Source: Octopus bimaculoides
Lineage: Eukaryota
NCBI RefSeq assembly: GCF_001194135.2
Contig: NC_069003.1
Span: forward strand, 35,696,679-35,760,678
Direction of reading: 5' to 3'
DNA: 64,000 nucleotides
The position numbers and the translations under genes are program-made. Positions 1-13,497 of the stretch are shown one piece after another (position 1 is the first letter of the stretch; each line of letters begins with the position of its first letter). Under the pieces are notes generated by a model that was given only the letters and a program-made list of their open reading frames with translations, had not been told where the DNA came from and made no database searches.

Positions 1-493
1 TATATATATATATATATATATTATAGATAGGTAAATAGATAAATAGATATAGATATACATATGTTATATTTCAGGTCTATATATATATTGAACATATATA
101 TTGAACATATATATGCGCCTGTGTATGTATGCGTGTTTATATGTATATTTATATGTATACGCTTATGTAAAGTAAATACGTACCCCTCAGTTATATATAT
201 GTAATCATATATTCATACCAATGTAAAATATACATATGTATAGAAGCAAAGAGATAACACCGGAAAATGTCTTGTAATGAACTTCATTAGCTCACAGCTG
301 TTTCTGCTATGACTTGTGGTGGACTCTTAGATGAGTACCTGGATAACATCCTATAGCTTCATCAGAGCCTTGAATATGAAGCGAACTAGTCTCGCTATGC
401 CTAAGCGAAATATTAATATATATATATATATGTAGTCAATTCAAATAAACAATCAATTCAAATAAACGAGTAAAATTAACGGACAACAAAAGG

Positions 494-530
<37 letters not shown>

Positions 531-1002
531 CTAACATGCACACACACACACACACACAACATACAGATATGAAACCACTATAACTAAAGAGAGTAGCAGT
601 TATTTACGTACGCAACCCCTTCAGTTAGAAAATTTCCAAAAGTGCTCAATTGTTTGACGAGATAATGACCATTAAAAAAATTTCTATTTGTTGACATGAA
701 GTACGTTTGTGTATATGNNNNNNNNNNNNNNNNNNNNNNNNNNNNNNNNNNNNNNNNNNNNNNNNNNNNNNNNNNNNNNNNNNNNNNNNNNNNNNNNNNN
801 NNNNNNNNNNNNNNNNNNNNNNNNNNNNNNNNNNNNNNNNNNNNNNNNNNNNNNNNNNNNNNNNNNNNNNNNNNNNNNNNNNNNNNNNNNNNNNNNNNNN
901 NNNNNNNNNNNNNNNNNNNNNNNNNNNNNNNNNNNNNNNNNNNNNNNNNNNNNNNNNNNNNNNNNNNNNNNNNNNNNNNNNNNNNNNNNNNNNNNNNNNN
1001 NN

Positions 1003-1034
<32 letters not shown>

Positions 1035-2007
1035 TTGTTTTGCAATAATACCTTAAGATATCTGAAGGAAAAACGTGTCGATTCATAACATGTACGAAAT
1101 GAGTTTGAGAACTGCAACAACATCAGCACTCGGAGAAACACACACACGCACATACACATTATTTATGCACAAATACACACATTCATACACAAATACACAT
1201 ATTCAAGCTTTTGATATAGATTTGCAAATCAATTGAATGATTATCTAATCAATCAATCCGTTTCTCACTTCAAGGATTTTTTTTTTTCTTTTTCGCACTC
1301 CTTTAAGTTTTTTCCATGCAGTAGTTTGCAAAGATGCAAAATACTACACCTAATAGAGAAATAAGTTTTCAGAACTGAGAAAATAATTGCAAAATGATGT
1401 GTAATTGATACGATTAAATTGACAATGTACGAGTGTCATAAAATATTATGTTCAGTCTTTCGCTACTGCTTGTACTGCATATTCTAGTTGTCTCCACGCC
1501 CTCATACTACCTATTCACAACATGATTTATAGGCCTGCTTGCGTTGCTAATGAACAGGGTACAGTCGCACGCGCAAGTGATGCGGTTTATAACAATCCGG
1601 ATGTCTGTCAATGCACCTCAGTGAACATAAGAAAGTGAGAAACTCAGAGTAGTGACAAAGTAAATTATCAGCTTCAAACAAATAACCTCTGCTTGTATTA
1701 ATACATTCTCCCCCTTTGATATATTCGGAGTATATACATTTATGTAAATATCTATGCGCTTCTACATTTATGCACGTTCAAAAATGTTAAGCACACACAC
1801 ACATGCATACATAAATAAACACAGACACAGAGAATCGCACACGCATATGTATGAATTATGTATATGTGTATGTATGTATATATATGTCTGTCTGTATATA
1901 TGTATGTATTTATGTAAGTGCGACTGCGATAAACACATAAACGAACACACACACACATATATATGTACATACATACACACACACATATATATAAACATAT
2001 ATATATA

Positions 2008-2048
<41 letters not shown>

Positions 2049-2050
<2 letters not shown>

Positions 2051-2200
2051 CGGGCTTCTTTCAGTTTCCCTCTATCAAATCTACTCACAAGTCTTTGGTC
2101 GGCCGAAGATATAGTAGAAGACACTTGCCCAAGGTGCCACGCAGTGGGACTGAACCCGGAACCATGTGGTTGGTAAACAAGCTACTTGCCACACAGCCAC
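2049..2200 (-). mobile_element. tRNA-derived SINE family A, 5' half
   Basis: Reverse complement reads GTGGCTGTGTGGCAAGTAGCTTG (A-box-like)...GGTTCCGGGTTCAGTCCC (B-box-like)...CACCTTGGGCAAGTGTCTTCTACTAT...GAAACTGAAAGAAGCCCGTC then (TA)n; near-identical to copies at 2471 and 23153. Confidence 0.9.
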
Positions 2201-2470
2201 ACAACAACACAGCCTATATATATNNNNNNNNNNNNNNNNNNNNNNNNNNNNNNNNNNNNNNNNNNNNNNNNNNNNNNTATATATATATATATATATATAT
2301 ATGCAGATAGATAGATAGATAGATAGGTGTAATATATGCATCTTATATGTGTGTGCGTATGTACGTGTTTGTATGCATTTTTTATTCTATTACTTGTTTC
2401 AGTCACTTGATTGAGGCCATGCTGGAGCACCATGTACGTATGTATATATACATAATGTACTATATACATA

Positions 2471-2819
2471 GGCGCAGGAGTGGCTATGCGGTAAGAAGCT
2501 TGCTTCTCAACCACATGGTTCTGGGTTCAGTCCCACTGCGTGGCACCTTGGGTAATTGTATTCTACTATAACTTCGGGCCGACCAAAGCCTTGTGAGTGG
2601 ATCTGGTGGGCGGAAACTGAAAGAAGCCCGTCGTATATACATCGCTTCACAACCGATGTTGGTGTGTTTATGTCCCCGTAACTTAGCGTTTCGGCAAAAG
2701 AGATCGATAGAATAAGTACTATTCTTAGAAAGAATAAGTTCTGGGGTCGATTTGTTCGACTAAAGGCGGTGCTCCAGCATGACCGCAGTCAAATGACTGA
2801 AACGAGTAAAAGAATAAAA

Positions 2820-2822
<3 letters not shown>
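2471..2822 (+). mobile_element. tRNA-derived SINE family A, full-length copy
   Basis: Head GGCGCAGGAGTGGCTATGCGGTAAG, B-box GGGTTCAGTCCC, CORE-like CACCTTGGGTAA segment, collapsed internal TA tract, 3' body ...CTGGGGTCGATTTGTTCGACTAAAGGCGGTGCTCCAGCATGACCGCAGTCAAATGACTGAAACGAGTAAAAGAATAAAAG followed by (TA)n. Confidence 0.92.
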
Positions 2823-2859
<37 letters not shown>

Positions 2860-2861
2860 AC

Positions 2862-3225
2862 GCCGGCATAGCTCTGTGGTAAGAAGTTTGTTTTTCAACG
2901 TCAAGGTTCCGGGTTCCATCCCAGGGTGTTGCTAGCAAGTGCCTTGTACTATACCTCTGGGCCGACCAAAACTTAGGGTGTGGATTTGATGGATAGAAAC
3001 TGAAAGTACTATGCATGTGTATGCTTGTATCCTATCACCACCTGACAACCAGTGTTGGCGTGTTTACGTCACCGTAAATCAGCAGTTCGTCAAAGAGGAC
3101 ACCGATAGAATAAGTACCAGACTTCAAAAGAATAGTTACAGGGTTCGACTATTTCGACAAAAACGCCCCCTCAAGGCCGTGTCCCCAGCATGGCTGCAAT
3201 CAAATAACTGAAACAAGTAAAAGAT
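2862..3225 (+). mobile_element. tRNA-derived SINE family A, older diverged copy
   Basis: Colinear with 2471-2822 from head (GCTCTGTGGTAAGAAG, GGTTCCGGGTTCCATCCC) to tail (CCCCAGCATGGCTGCAATCAAATAACTGAAACAAGTAAAAGAT), with more substitutions. Confidence 0.85.
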
Positions 3226-3841
3226 TATTGATGCAATACATTATCATATGTGTGCATGTGCGTATGTATATGTTGTCTATGTATGTATATATGAATGCAT
3301 GCATGTAGTTCTAGAAATGTGAAACTGCCAGTTATTTAACTTTTCGTTTCCATATCTTTGATAAACTATCTACATCTCTGATGATTTTTGCTCGCAGAGA
3401 ATGATAATCGATTGACATTTATGCAGGAAATAAGTTTTCGATAATGTTGAGACGGGTTCGATTCACAGTCTGGTTTGTTCTATTCTATTCTGAGTTCAAA
3501 TCTTGGTAAGGCCAGCATTTCGTCAAAACGAAAGTGATGTTGATCAAATTATACTTTACTTTCTTTATATAAGAAGATACTAATATTTGAAATAATTTAT
3601 AAAATTCAAACTTGTATGGATAATATTTGGATTGTTGGTGTATAAGACATTTCATCCCATTTTCATCATTATTCTCAGCTTCGTTAGATCGCATTATATT
3701 TTTAGCTTATTTTGTATCGTCTTATCATCTACTAATATCTACTAATTTGTCTGTTTCTTTATTTGTGTATCGAATGTCTGTATATATTTGAAGGTGTTTA
3801 TCTCCCTATTTTTCTATTTATCTACCTATTTATCTCTCTAA

Positions 3842-3877
<36 letters not shown>

Positions 3878-4196
3878 TGTATGTATATGTGTGTGCGTGC
3901 GTGTGTGTGTGTATGTGCGTGTGTGTGTCATACACATTGACACCCACACAGGCGTAGACATATGAGCAATGTAGTGCATATGATGGAGTCAATAAGACCG
4001 TATGATGTTTGTGTGACAATACCGAATCTCCCACTCTTTTCAAGTTGATACTTGATTCCCTTCAAGGTCATGTCAACTGCCAGGAATACCCTTATTAATG
4101 TAGGATACCTGGGTCTAATTATATTTTCCCCATAATTCACTGATTTAATGTAAGCGAGACGGGGGAAAGAGAGGGACAGGAAGTGAGAGAAAGAGC

Positions 4197-4200
<4 letters not shown>

Positions 4201-4252
<52 letters not shown>
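4201..4252. repeat. (GA)n microsatellite
   Basis: About 26 perfect GA units read directly. Confidence 0.97.
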
Positions 4253-4257
<5 letters not shown>

Positions 4258-5541
4258 CAAGTGAGAGAGGGAAAGAGCAGCAGTCTGTAGCTAATCAATC
4301 GAGGCATGTCCGAACAGCTGTGGCAACAGTACTTGAACGCTCTTCGTGTAACTTTCTAAGATCCAAGCCGGAATACATATGCTATGTTTGGAAGCACAAG
4401 ATCAATAATTTACTCAGTGCCAATTCTTCTAAAGAATAAGATTGAAAAAGTAAGCAAAGAGCAGCATCCAGGAAGTATATATGAATCGTACTATAACGTG
4501 TCTCCATGATGGATACCGTATGCAGGTATCACGCATCACAAACACTAACACATCGAACATACACATACACACACATTCGACAAGCACATACACACACATC
4601 ACAAACGCACACACACACACATGCACATACGCCATAAATACACACACACACGCACACAGATCGCATACATAGAAACACACACATGCACACAGCGCAAAGT
4701 CAAACACACATGCACATATACATACTCGCGCGCGCGCGCACATATAAATACATACGGACGCGCGCGCACACACATACACACTTACACACACAAACACACA
4801 TACACACAGAATGGAACAAAAAGGAGCAATTGTTCAATATTTCCGAATAAAAACTGTTATTACCATTCGATATTGATTTCATGGGACGGTTATAAAATTT
4901 ATTGTATAAGTTCAAATAAAAGTCTTTCTAAAAATCATCTTAGTGTGCTGTTCTAGTGCTGCACTTAGTAATTATTTGCAGCTCATTTGCTCCCTACCTA
5001 TTTATAACTTCATTTACTAGATCCGCGTGTTTAGGAATAGCTACGCAAGTAGTCGATGCAGAGATAAGATTTCAAACAAATTGGACAGTTAAGATTGCAA
5101 TGCATAAATACACTCGCACGCACGCACACACGCGCATTCACAAAAACAAACGGATAGAAGCACACAGAAACACACATATACATACACATACACACCACTA
5201 ACCACAACAGCCACCGCACCATATGCACACAACACACACACACACACACACACACACGCATACACACACACACACACACGCATACACAGACTACTTCACC
5301 AAATACGCACAACAAATGCACACGAACATACAACAGAAATATATGCAAAATTCACAAGCACACATCCCAATGCACACACTTGTAGATGGGAGCTGCAACT
5401 GCAAGAGGAAACTCGAGCAAAATGTAATTATTGGTTAAAAGACACATACGTATAGTATGATTTATTAATGTACTATGCATGCAAGTGTGTATGCATGTAT
5501 GTATGTATGTATGTATGTATGTACGCTTATAAAATATGTGC

Positions 5542-6117
<576 letters not shown>

Positions 6118-6393
6118 AGTGTGTGTGCATTTATATACACATATATACATATACAGATATGTATATGTATGTATATAAAAGCACATATGCTTATGTCGAT
6201 ATGTATATATGGTACATATGTTTATGTAGATACGTTTATATGATACATATGTTTATGTATGTATATATATGATACATATATTTATATCTGTAATTTGTAT
6301 TTTTATATAATATATATATTAATAAATTTATGTATAAAAATATATAAAAATTTTTATGTATATAGGTGTATAAGTATGTATATATATATTGTG

Positions 6394-6424
<31 letters not shown>

Positions 6425-6597
6425 GCATACATATAAATATATATATATTTACTTAAATTTATATGTACTTATATTTTTGTATATATATGTACGTCGTTGT
6501 CCTTACTGCTTTTTTTTTTTACTGTGCGTGTGTATTTATGCTTATGAAAGAGAAATGAATTGAATGAGATAGATACGTAAATAGATAGAAAGATATA

Positions 6598-6600
6598 GAC

Positions 6601-6687
<87 letters not shown>

Positions 6688-6700
6688 TAGATAGATAGAG

Positions 6701-6743
<43 letters not shown>

Positions 6744-6744
6744 G

Positions 6745-6817
<73 letters not shown>
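6598..6817. repeat. Compound (GATA)n-(GA)n-(GATA)n microsatellite
   Basis: Read directly; explains the YLSI/SLSL ORFs in the track. Confidence 0.97.
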
Positions 6818-6818
<1 letters not shown>

Positions 6819-7510
6819 ATGCATACATACATACATAGAGAAAGAGAGAAAAGTGTAATAGAAAGAGAGAGAGAGACGTGTAAATATTGTACTGAAATTT
6901 GCCTTTTTTTATAATTTCGTAAATTTTGGGCAAGTTTACGCTTGACGTCAGATACTCATACGAACATTGATAAAACATATTTAACTAGAACATATATTCT
7001 TGTTTTTAATACAACACGCACTCACACACTCATACAAAAATTCGCATATATTTATATATTTTTTTATATACGTTCTTATGCGTGCGTGTGTTGTATATAT
7101 GCGTTGTGTGTAGCTAGCGTGTATGAGTTTTCGAGTTTTAGTTCTAGGATATGAGTACCAATGAATATATTTAAAACATTTCAAACTGCCGTTTAAAATC
7201 TGTCTTACATCACTCTCATATATTGGTCCTCTCGAACATGAATATAGAATATAATAGGAACAAGATTATGATCATAGAACTAACTTCATAAATCATTGCT
7301 AAATATTAATTTTGCTACGTTTTCATATCATCGCTACATTTCCAAATCAAGTATTCGTGTAATCAGAAGAGCATTGACTTCGGTGCCGCTTAATTTCCAG
7401 AAATGTATAGAGCAATTCTTAAAAAGTTAAGTTGCTAAATATGTAGTAAACAACAATGCATTTGATTTTCATATTTAGCTTAATGGAAATAGAAAATCTA
7501 TTTTACTTAC

Positions 7511-7783
7511 CACCACCTTACTGCCCTAAAACGACTTTTCTTGACTTTCTTCGATGAATAATTGATACTGACACACAACAAGAGAATTAAAAAAATACAT
7601 TTCATCTTTACTCCGTGGTTGTTATTGTTGTTGCTGTCACTACTGCTGCTGCTGTTGCTGCTACTTTTGCTGCTGCTGTTACTACTACTGCTGCTGTAAT
7701 TCGTTGTAAAGTGTATGAACAAATCAGTTAACATAATCCAGCTTGGGTTCTTTTCTTTTCTTTTTAAAGTACTATGGTTTGAA
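7511..7783 (-). CDS. Candidate host coding exon (273 nt, phase 2-2) with Ser/Asn-rich stretch and signal-peptide-like MKCIFLILLLCVSINYSS
   Basis: Minus strand: acceptor TTATATTATTTCAG|TTC before 7783, donor GGTGGTG|GTAAGT after 7511, length a multiple of 3, and open in the frame of ORF 7507-8016. No homology recognised. Confidence 0.3.
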
Positions 7784-10700
7784 CTGAAATAATATAAATT
7801 ATTAATTGATTGCCCCCCATTAAGTCTACAGTCATAAAGGAATGGAGAATTATATGATCTTAAATAGATGTACGATGATACGAAGAAATTACTTAGGAAT
7901 ATCAAAAGGGACTCCGTAAACAGGAAATTTGTCCGAGAAGATTTCAGTTGATGTGTCAGTATTGATAATGAAAGATTAGTAAGAGGGCACAATATTATTG
8001 AGAATGTAGAAATCAATAAGAATGTATGTTATCCATTAATGAACTTCACAAGCATATTGAAGAGACAAAACTATCATTTCCCAAAATATTATATTTCAAA
8101 CATTTTAAAACTAATATCCAGAATTCTTCCTCTAATATTTATATCATTACAAAGTATATATGCGCCTATATATGTGTCTATATGTGTATCTGCATTATAT
8201 ATACATATGGATTAATATGTAATTCACACACACATGTATATGTATGTATATATGTGTGTGTGTATGTATGTATATATATATATATATATATNNNNNNNNN
8301 NNNNNNNNNNNNNNNNNNNNNNNNNNNNNNNNNNNNNNNNNNNNNNNNNNNNNNNNNNNNNNNNNNNNNNNNNNNNNNNNNNNNNNNNNNNNNNNNNNNN
8401 NNNNNNNNNNNNNNNNNNNNNNNNNNNATATATATACACACACACACACACGCACGTACACGTTATTTAGTTCTTTAGATATTGGAAAGCATTGTGATTT
8501 AGGCTGCACCGGAGTACTACTATAAAATATATTTGTGTAACTAATTTACTAGAAATTAGTCAATGTTATTGGAGAAATAACGATTTGTTTCTTTTTATGT
8601 TTCGAAAAACTGTATTTTAAATATATAAATTGGGGGACATACAATTAACTATTTAGAAAAATATCATTGCTTCAATATTTCTATCTCTAAACATAATTAG
8701 AGACATTTGATTCACAAATTCTTTTAAGAATCTTAAAAGCAGCAGACCAGAGTATAAAGTACGCTTATAAAGTTCTTCCAAGAATGAGTGAAAAAAAAAA
8801 CAAAAAAGAAGTTGAAAAATAGTGACAGCGTTAAATAAATGTGGAAGTGGTATAATGTTCAAGAACAAAAAATATAAAGAGTGATAAAGCCGAGGGTGTA
8901 AGCTTTTGAGAAAGGTGTTTGTCTGAAAGAGGGAGGAGAAATGTCAAGAGAACGAAACCAAAGGAGTATATGAAGAAAGTTGAAGATATATCCACATGGG
9001 AGTGGGAGATAAAACAAAGTGTAAACGGAAAGAGGTGGAGTGAAAGGATGAACAAAAGAGGCGTTGATCTAGTAGCGTACATATTTATATGTTTTATGTA
9101 TATTACATCGATGCGTGTGGATGTGCGCACATCCACAAACTGAACATCTGTAAACATGCAAACACAAACACAACAAACACGCAATTACATGCATTCTCAC
9201 ACTCGCACGTATATACATACCAAACATATTTAAAAGTAGAATGGTGGTCGATTTATGTACGCGTATAGTAAACAAGGAAAAAGAAATCGCAATTAACGGG
9301 AATAAATTAAAGATTAACAGCATTTCACGTGTAATTAAATATATTAACTTCAGTTTTATGAGGAGAAAGCTGAAAATAAATTACCTCTTGGAGTAGTTGG
9401 AGTATTTTGTCAGTGGAGATATGTACTCAGGGAATGTTATTATGGTAAGTGCAAGCATGCGTGAATACATGTCTAAATGTTTTATTCAATAGAATATTCA
9501 GATTTTGAAACGAACATTGGCACTAAACACATATTTGTACATATGCTATTTTAAAAACTGATACCAAATATTGAAAACAATTTCACTGAAAATATATAGA
9601 TTAGCATGACAAACGTCTGTCAAGATTGCAAAATTGCTGAAGCTCCATTACGAAGATCCGTATGTTCGATAATACATGACTATATTCAAATGTAAACATA
9701 CTTGTATATCCAGAGAAAAGAAATATGAAGCGCACACTGACATACATTCACGCATGCACAGACACGCATAAAAACATAAATAGTGTAAAAAAAAAAGAAA
9801 GAAAAGCGTGCGCACACAGACACACACACGCACACACGCACATATAACTGTGCGTGAGCGCGAGTGCGTGTGTTTGTGTCAGCGAGAGGGGGAAGGGAAA
9901 GAAAGAGGAACGAAGAGAGCGAGTCATTTGATACAGTATGTAACGTAGTCGGTAGTTGAGGGACATGAATGAATAAATAAATAAGGAAAGTAAATTAAAG
10001 AAGAAAAAAGAAAACACTTGTTACTGATGCATGTTATGTCTCGAGATTTATTGAGCGGAAGAGACAGTAAGTGAAGTGGTAGAAGTAAGAGTAGTTTCTG
10101 AATCAGTGTGTTGAAGGATGATGACGTGCGCATGGGGAAGCTGAATGTAAGAAGAGAAGGCAAAAATCACTGAATGAAAAGTGGGTAGATGTAAATACTA
10201 TTCTGAATTCTCGAATGCAACGGTGGAATTAATAGGATACACTAGGCGGTACGTGATTTATTCCTACTGCTCAAATACTAATGATTTTCATACGAGAAAT
10301 ACATTTGATTATATAAAATTTAAAATACAGAACTTTTTAAAAACCCGTTAAATTTTTAATATTGCAATAATCTTTCGTAACTTCCATTCTTAAATAACGT
10401 TTTGACAAACTTTAATATCAGTGAAAATATTATGTGTGAGTTTATGCATGCATGGGCCTAAGAAAATTTAAAGCGCATTGGGATGGGGGGTTGCGAATGG
10501 AGGTTGTTTCATTTGGAAATCTAAAAATAAAATAAAATAAAATAAAATAAACTGTTGACGTAATGCCTGTTTATAAATTTTTCAACGCATTAAATAGTCT
10601 TAAATTCCATTTACAGGGCTATATACTGTGTTCTGTTTACGCCATTGCTGAAACAATAATATAGAATGAATAAAAAATATACTTATTTCATAGTCATTTT

Positions 10701-10943
10701 ACGCTCAAACCAAACAAATTGAAGGAGAAAAGGTTAATTATCGGAAAAATTAGTTTCCTTTGTGGGAGTTCATAAATTTCAAAAATACTTTTTGAAATAG
10801 TTTATTATTACAACATAAACAAGCGTGTCATTCTCTGTGCGTGTGATTCTTAATCCCTGCTAGTTTCTAATTTCATAGTTTTAATGATGCATTAAGAATG
10901 GTAAATATTAACATAAATATTAGTTAAAGCGCAATCACATCGT

Positions 10944-10948
<5 letters not shown>

Positions 10949-11006
<58 letters not shown>
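10949..11006. repeat. (CT)n microsatellite running into a gap
   Basis: Read directly. Confidence 0.97.
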
Positions 11007-12249
11007 NNNNNNNNNNNNNNNNNNNNNNNNNNNNNNNNNNNNNNNNNNNNNNNNNNNNNNNNNNNNNNNNNNNNNNNNNNNNNNNNNNNNNNNNNNNNNN
11101 NNNNNNNNNNNNNNNNNNNNNNNNNNNNNNNNNNNNNNNNNNNNNNNNNNNNNNNNNNNNNNNNNNNNNNNNNNNNNNNNNNNNNNNNNNNNNNNNNNNN
11201 NNNNNNNNNNNNNNNNNNNNNNNNNNNNNNNNNNNNNNNNNNNNNNNNNNNNNNNNNNNNNNNATATATATACACACACATATATATATATATATCCAGA
11301 TAGTCTCATAATATCTCTAATGTCAAAAGAATGACATTTAATAACCTATTGATAACATCAAACTAGACAAACGTATTAATTGCATTAAATTAAAAATGTT
11401 ACGTGGATAGTAAAGGTGATCAACAAAAATACGACAGCAGAAGGGTGGAGACGAAAATAAGAGGAAGTAACAAATTGTTCATGCGCCCTTCATACATAAA
11501 CATTGTTGTAGGAGGAGTTAGCCGTTCACGACTTGCAACTATTTACCTTACCAACCTTATTCTATTGCATTAATCTGGTCTATACCTTTAAAATCATCGG
11601 CATACTTTCTATTTATTATCAATTTTATTGTAATTTGTTTTTCTCATAAAAATATTTTGCCGCGAAGCTCCTCCTATTTTCGACTTATATCTATTAGGTT
11701 TCACTTGTATCCTCCTCTATTATTTACTTGACGCCTATTCTCCTCTTGTATTTCAGTGTTTTGGTGGGTTTTTTCTTTGATTTATAGATAAACTTTATTC
11801 AATTTTGTGAGTTATTTTACTGATGAGTTCGATAATTTTTTTGCCATAGCATTTCACCTACATTCTATATAAGATTAAACACTTACATTGCATTTGCTGT
11901 TATACACTAGTAAAAATGCAAATTTAGCAAAGAAACTAAGCAGGGAAGAAAGGCTCAAGACAACTTCAGCAGACTTTGAGCGATATATTTAATGTTCCGT
12001 CCGACTGCAGATAAACTTCAATGGATGCAAGATTTTCAGATGTGAAATTATAGTCTTCAATTTCTACTTTGTGCTTGTATTATTATTATACATACTATAT
12101 ATATATATGTGTGTGTGTGTGTGTGCGTGTGTGTGTGTATGTATGTGTGTGTGTGTGTGTGTGTGTGTATGCATATATATGCATATGTATGTATGTATGT
12201 ACGCATGCATGTATATTAAATGCATTTTTAGGCTGGTGTTATGTTCGAC

Positions 12250-12346
12250 AAAATACAGGTTAATTACTGGGTCGATGGTATTGATTGACACCTCTAACCA
12301 CACATACCGCATAATTGCTGGCTTTGTTCCAAAATTTGAAACCAGT
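12250..12346 (+). mobile_element. SINE family B, 3' portion
   Basis: ACTGGGTCGATGGTATTGATTGAC...ATTGCTGGCTTTGTTCCAAAATTTGAAACCAG then an (ATT)-type tail; same tail variant as 14078-14272. Confidence 0.65.
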
Positions 12347-12374
12347 ATTATTATCGTTATTCTTCTTCTTCTTC

Positions 12375-12429
<55 letters not shown>

Positions 12430-12451
12430 CATTATTATTATTATTATCATT
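12347..12451. repeat. (CTT)n/(ATT)n microsatellite
   Basis: Read directly; separates two SINE B copies. Confidence 0.95.
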
Positions 12452-12672
12452 AGGTTGCGTGCTGGCAGAGTCGTTGGCACACTGGGCAAAATGCTTAGCG
12501 GTATTTCGTCTGTCTCTACGTTCTGAGTTCAAATTCCGCCGAGGTCGATTTTGCCTTTCATCCTTTCGGGTTCGATAAAATTAGAACCAGTTATGCACTG
12601 GGGTCGATGTAGTCGACTTAATCCCTTCCTCCAAATTAGAGGCCTTGTGCTTCCAGTAGAAAGGATTATTAT
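12452..12672 (+). mobile_element. tRNA-derived SINE family B, full-length copy
   Basis: A-box-like TGGCAGAGTCGTTGG, B-box GAGTTCAAATTCC, central GCCTTTCATCCTTTCGGGTTCGATAAA...CTGGGGTCGATG, tail GGCCTTGTGC...GTAGAAAGGATTATTATT. Confidence 0.92.
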
Positions 12673-12676
12673 TTGA

Positions 12677-12818
12677 ACGTTCTGAGTTCAAATTCTACCG
12701 AGCTCGACTTTGCCTTTCAGCCTTTCGATAAATCAAGTACCAGTGAAACACTAGGATCGATGTAATCAACTTATCTCTCCACCCCAAATTTCAGGCCTTG
12801 TGTCTTTACTAGAAAGGA
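12677..12818 (+). mobile_element. SINE family B, 5'-truncated copy in tandem
   Basis: Starts at ACGTTCTGAGTTCAAATTC, colinear with the 3' two-thirds of 12452-12672, ends AGAAAGGAAT then (ATT)n 12819-12874. Confidence 0.88.
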
Positions 12819-12819
12819 A

Positions 12820-12852
<33 letters not shown>

Positions 12853-12874
12853 CATCATTATTATTATTATTATT

Positions 12875-13432
12875 GAGTGAGAGAGCAATACATGCCATCA
12901 AAATGTCTCTGGAGTAAAATATACGAAGCATAATATACAAAACATGACTACCCGTCTGACAAGGGTACACCAGGCACCTGCATCACAACCATATGTGCGC
13001 GACGTGGTGACCTCATACCGCGATAAACAGCGCATGACCTTGCAGGTGGGGCCCAGTTAGAATCTTCTTCAGGTCGTGTAGCACATCCCGCTCAAATTGT
13101 CCCTGAATAAGGATTGTTTAAGGATGTTGAGCAAAACACCCATGTTTCCAGAGGTGAATTATCCAAACTCCAAAGAATTCCTCTCAACACATGGCTATGA
13201 TGCTCCCCCACTACTTCTGCTCGTGATCAGAGACGCACATATCGTCAGCCACTAAGAGACATGCTCAACTGGTTAAAGTCAAGCAACTGACAAGTAAATC
13301 TGTGGTATTGAGCAGAATATTTGTTGTTGCCCATCTTTTATACCAAGACAAAACAATGTACATGATAACACATCAAATCAGTTAAGATCAGAAGCCATGA
13401 GAGCTAGCGCCTGGTATTGGATCAGGGCATTT
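12875..13432 (-). mobile_element. Non-coding interspersed element X (558 bp), apparently complete, bounded by (TAA)n-type tracts
   Basis: Homologous to 15394-15806 (same strand) and 58622-58875 (opposite strand); no tRNA boxes and no ORF. Strand inferred from the copy at 58622 ending CTCTCTCACTC+(TAA)n. Confidence 0.85.
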
Positions 13433-13439
13433 TATTTTT

Positions 13440-13471
<32 letters not shown>

Positions 13472-13497
13472 TATTATTATTATTATTATTATTATTT

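Noticed and set aside
584-1159. Long ORFs spanning N-gaps (also at about 8026-8525, 10892-11309, 36593-37280, 44646-45376, 62450-63231)
   Set aside because: Their length comes from untranslatable Ns and flanking TA/CA repeats.
1510-1660. Possible small exons on either strand; also ATG|GTAAGT at about 9444
   Set aside because: Splice signals are weak or unpaired and the peptides are unrecognisable.
2471-2560. tRNA genes at SINE heads (also 12452, 23153, 30872, 39820, 43365)
   Set aside because: They have A/B boxes but no complete cloverleaf and continue into shared SINE bodies.
11900-12060. Possible mariner N-terminal remnant; also a possible PLE GIY-YIG remnant at about 46400-46900 (minus)
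   Set aside because: Similarity is only impressionistic and too degraded to support without an HMM search.
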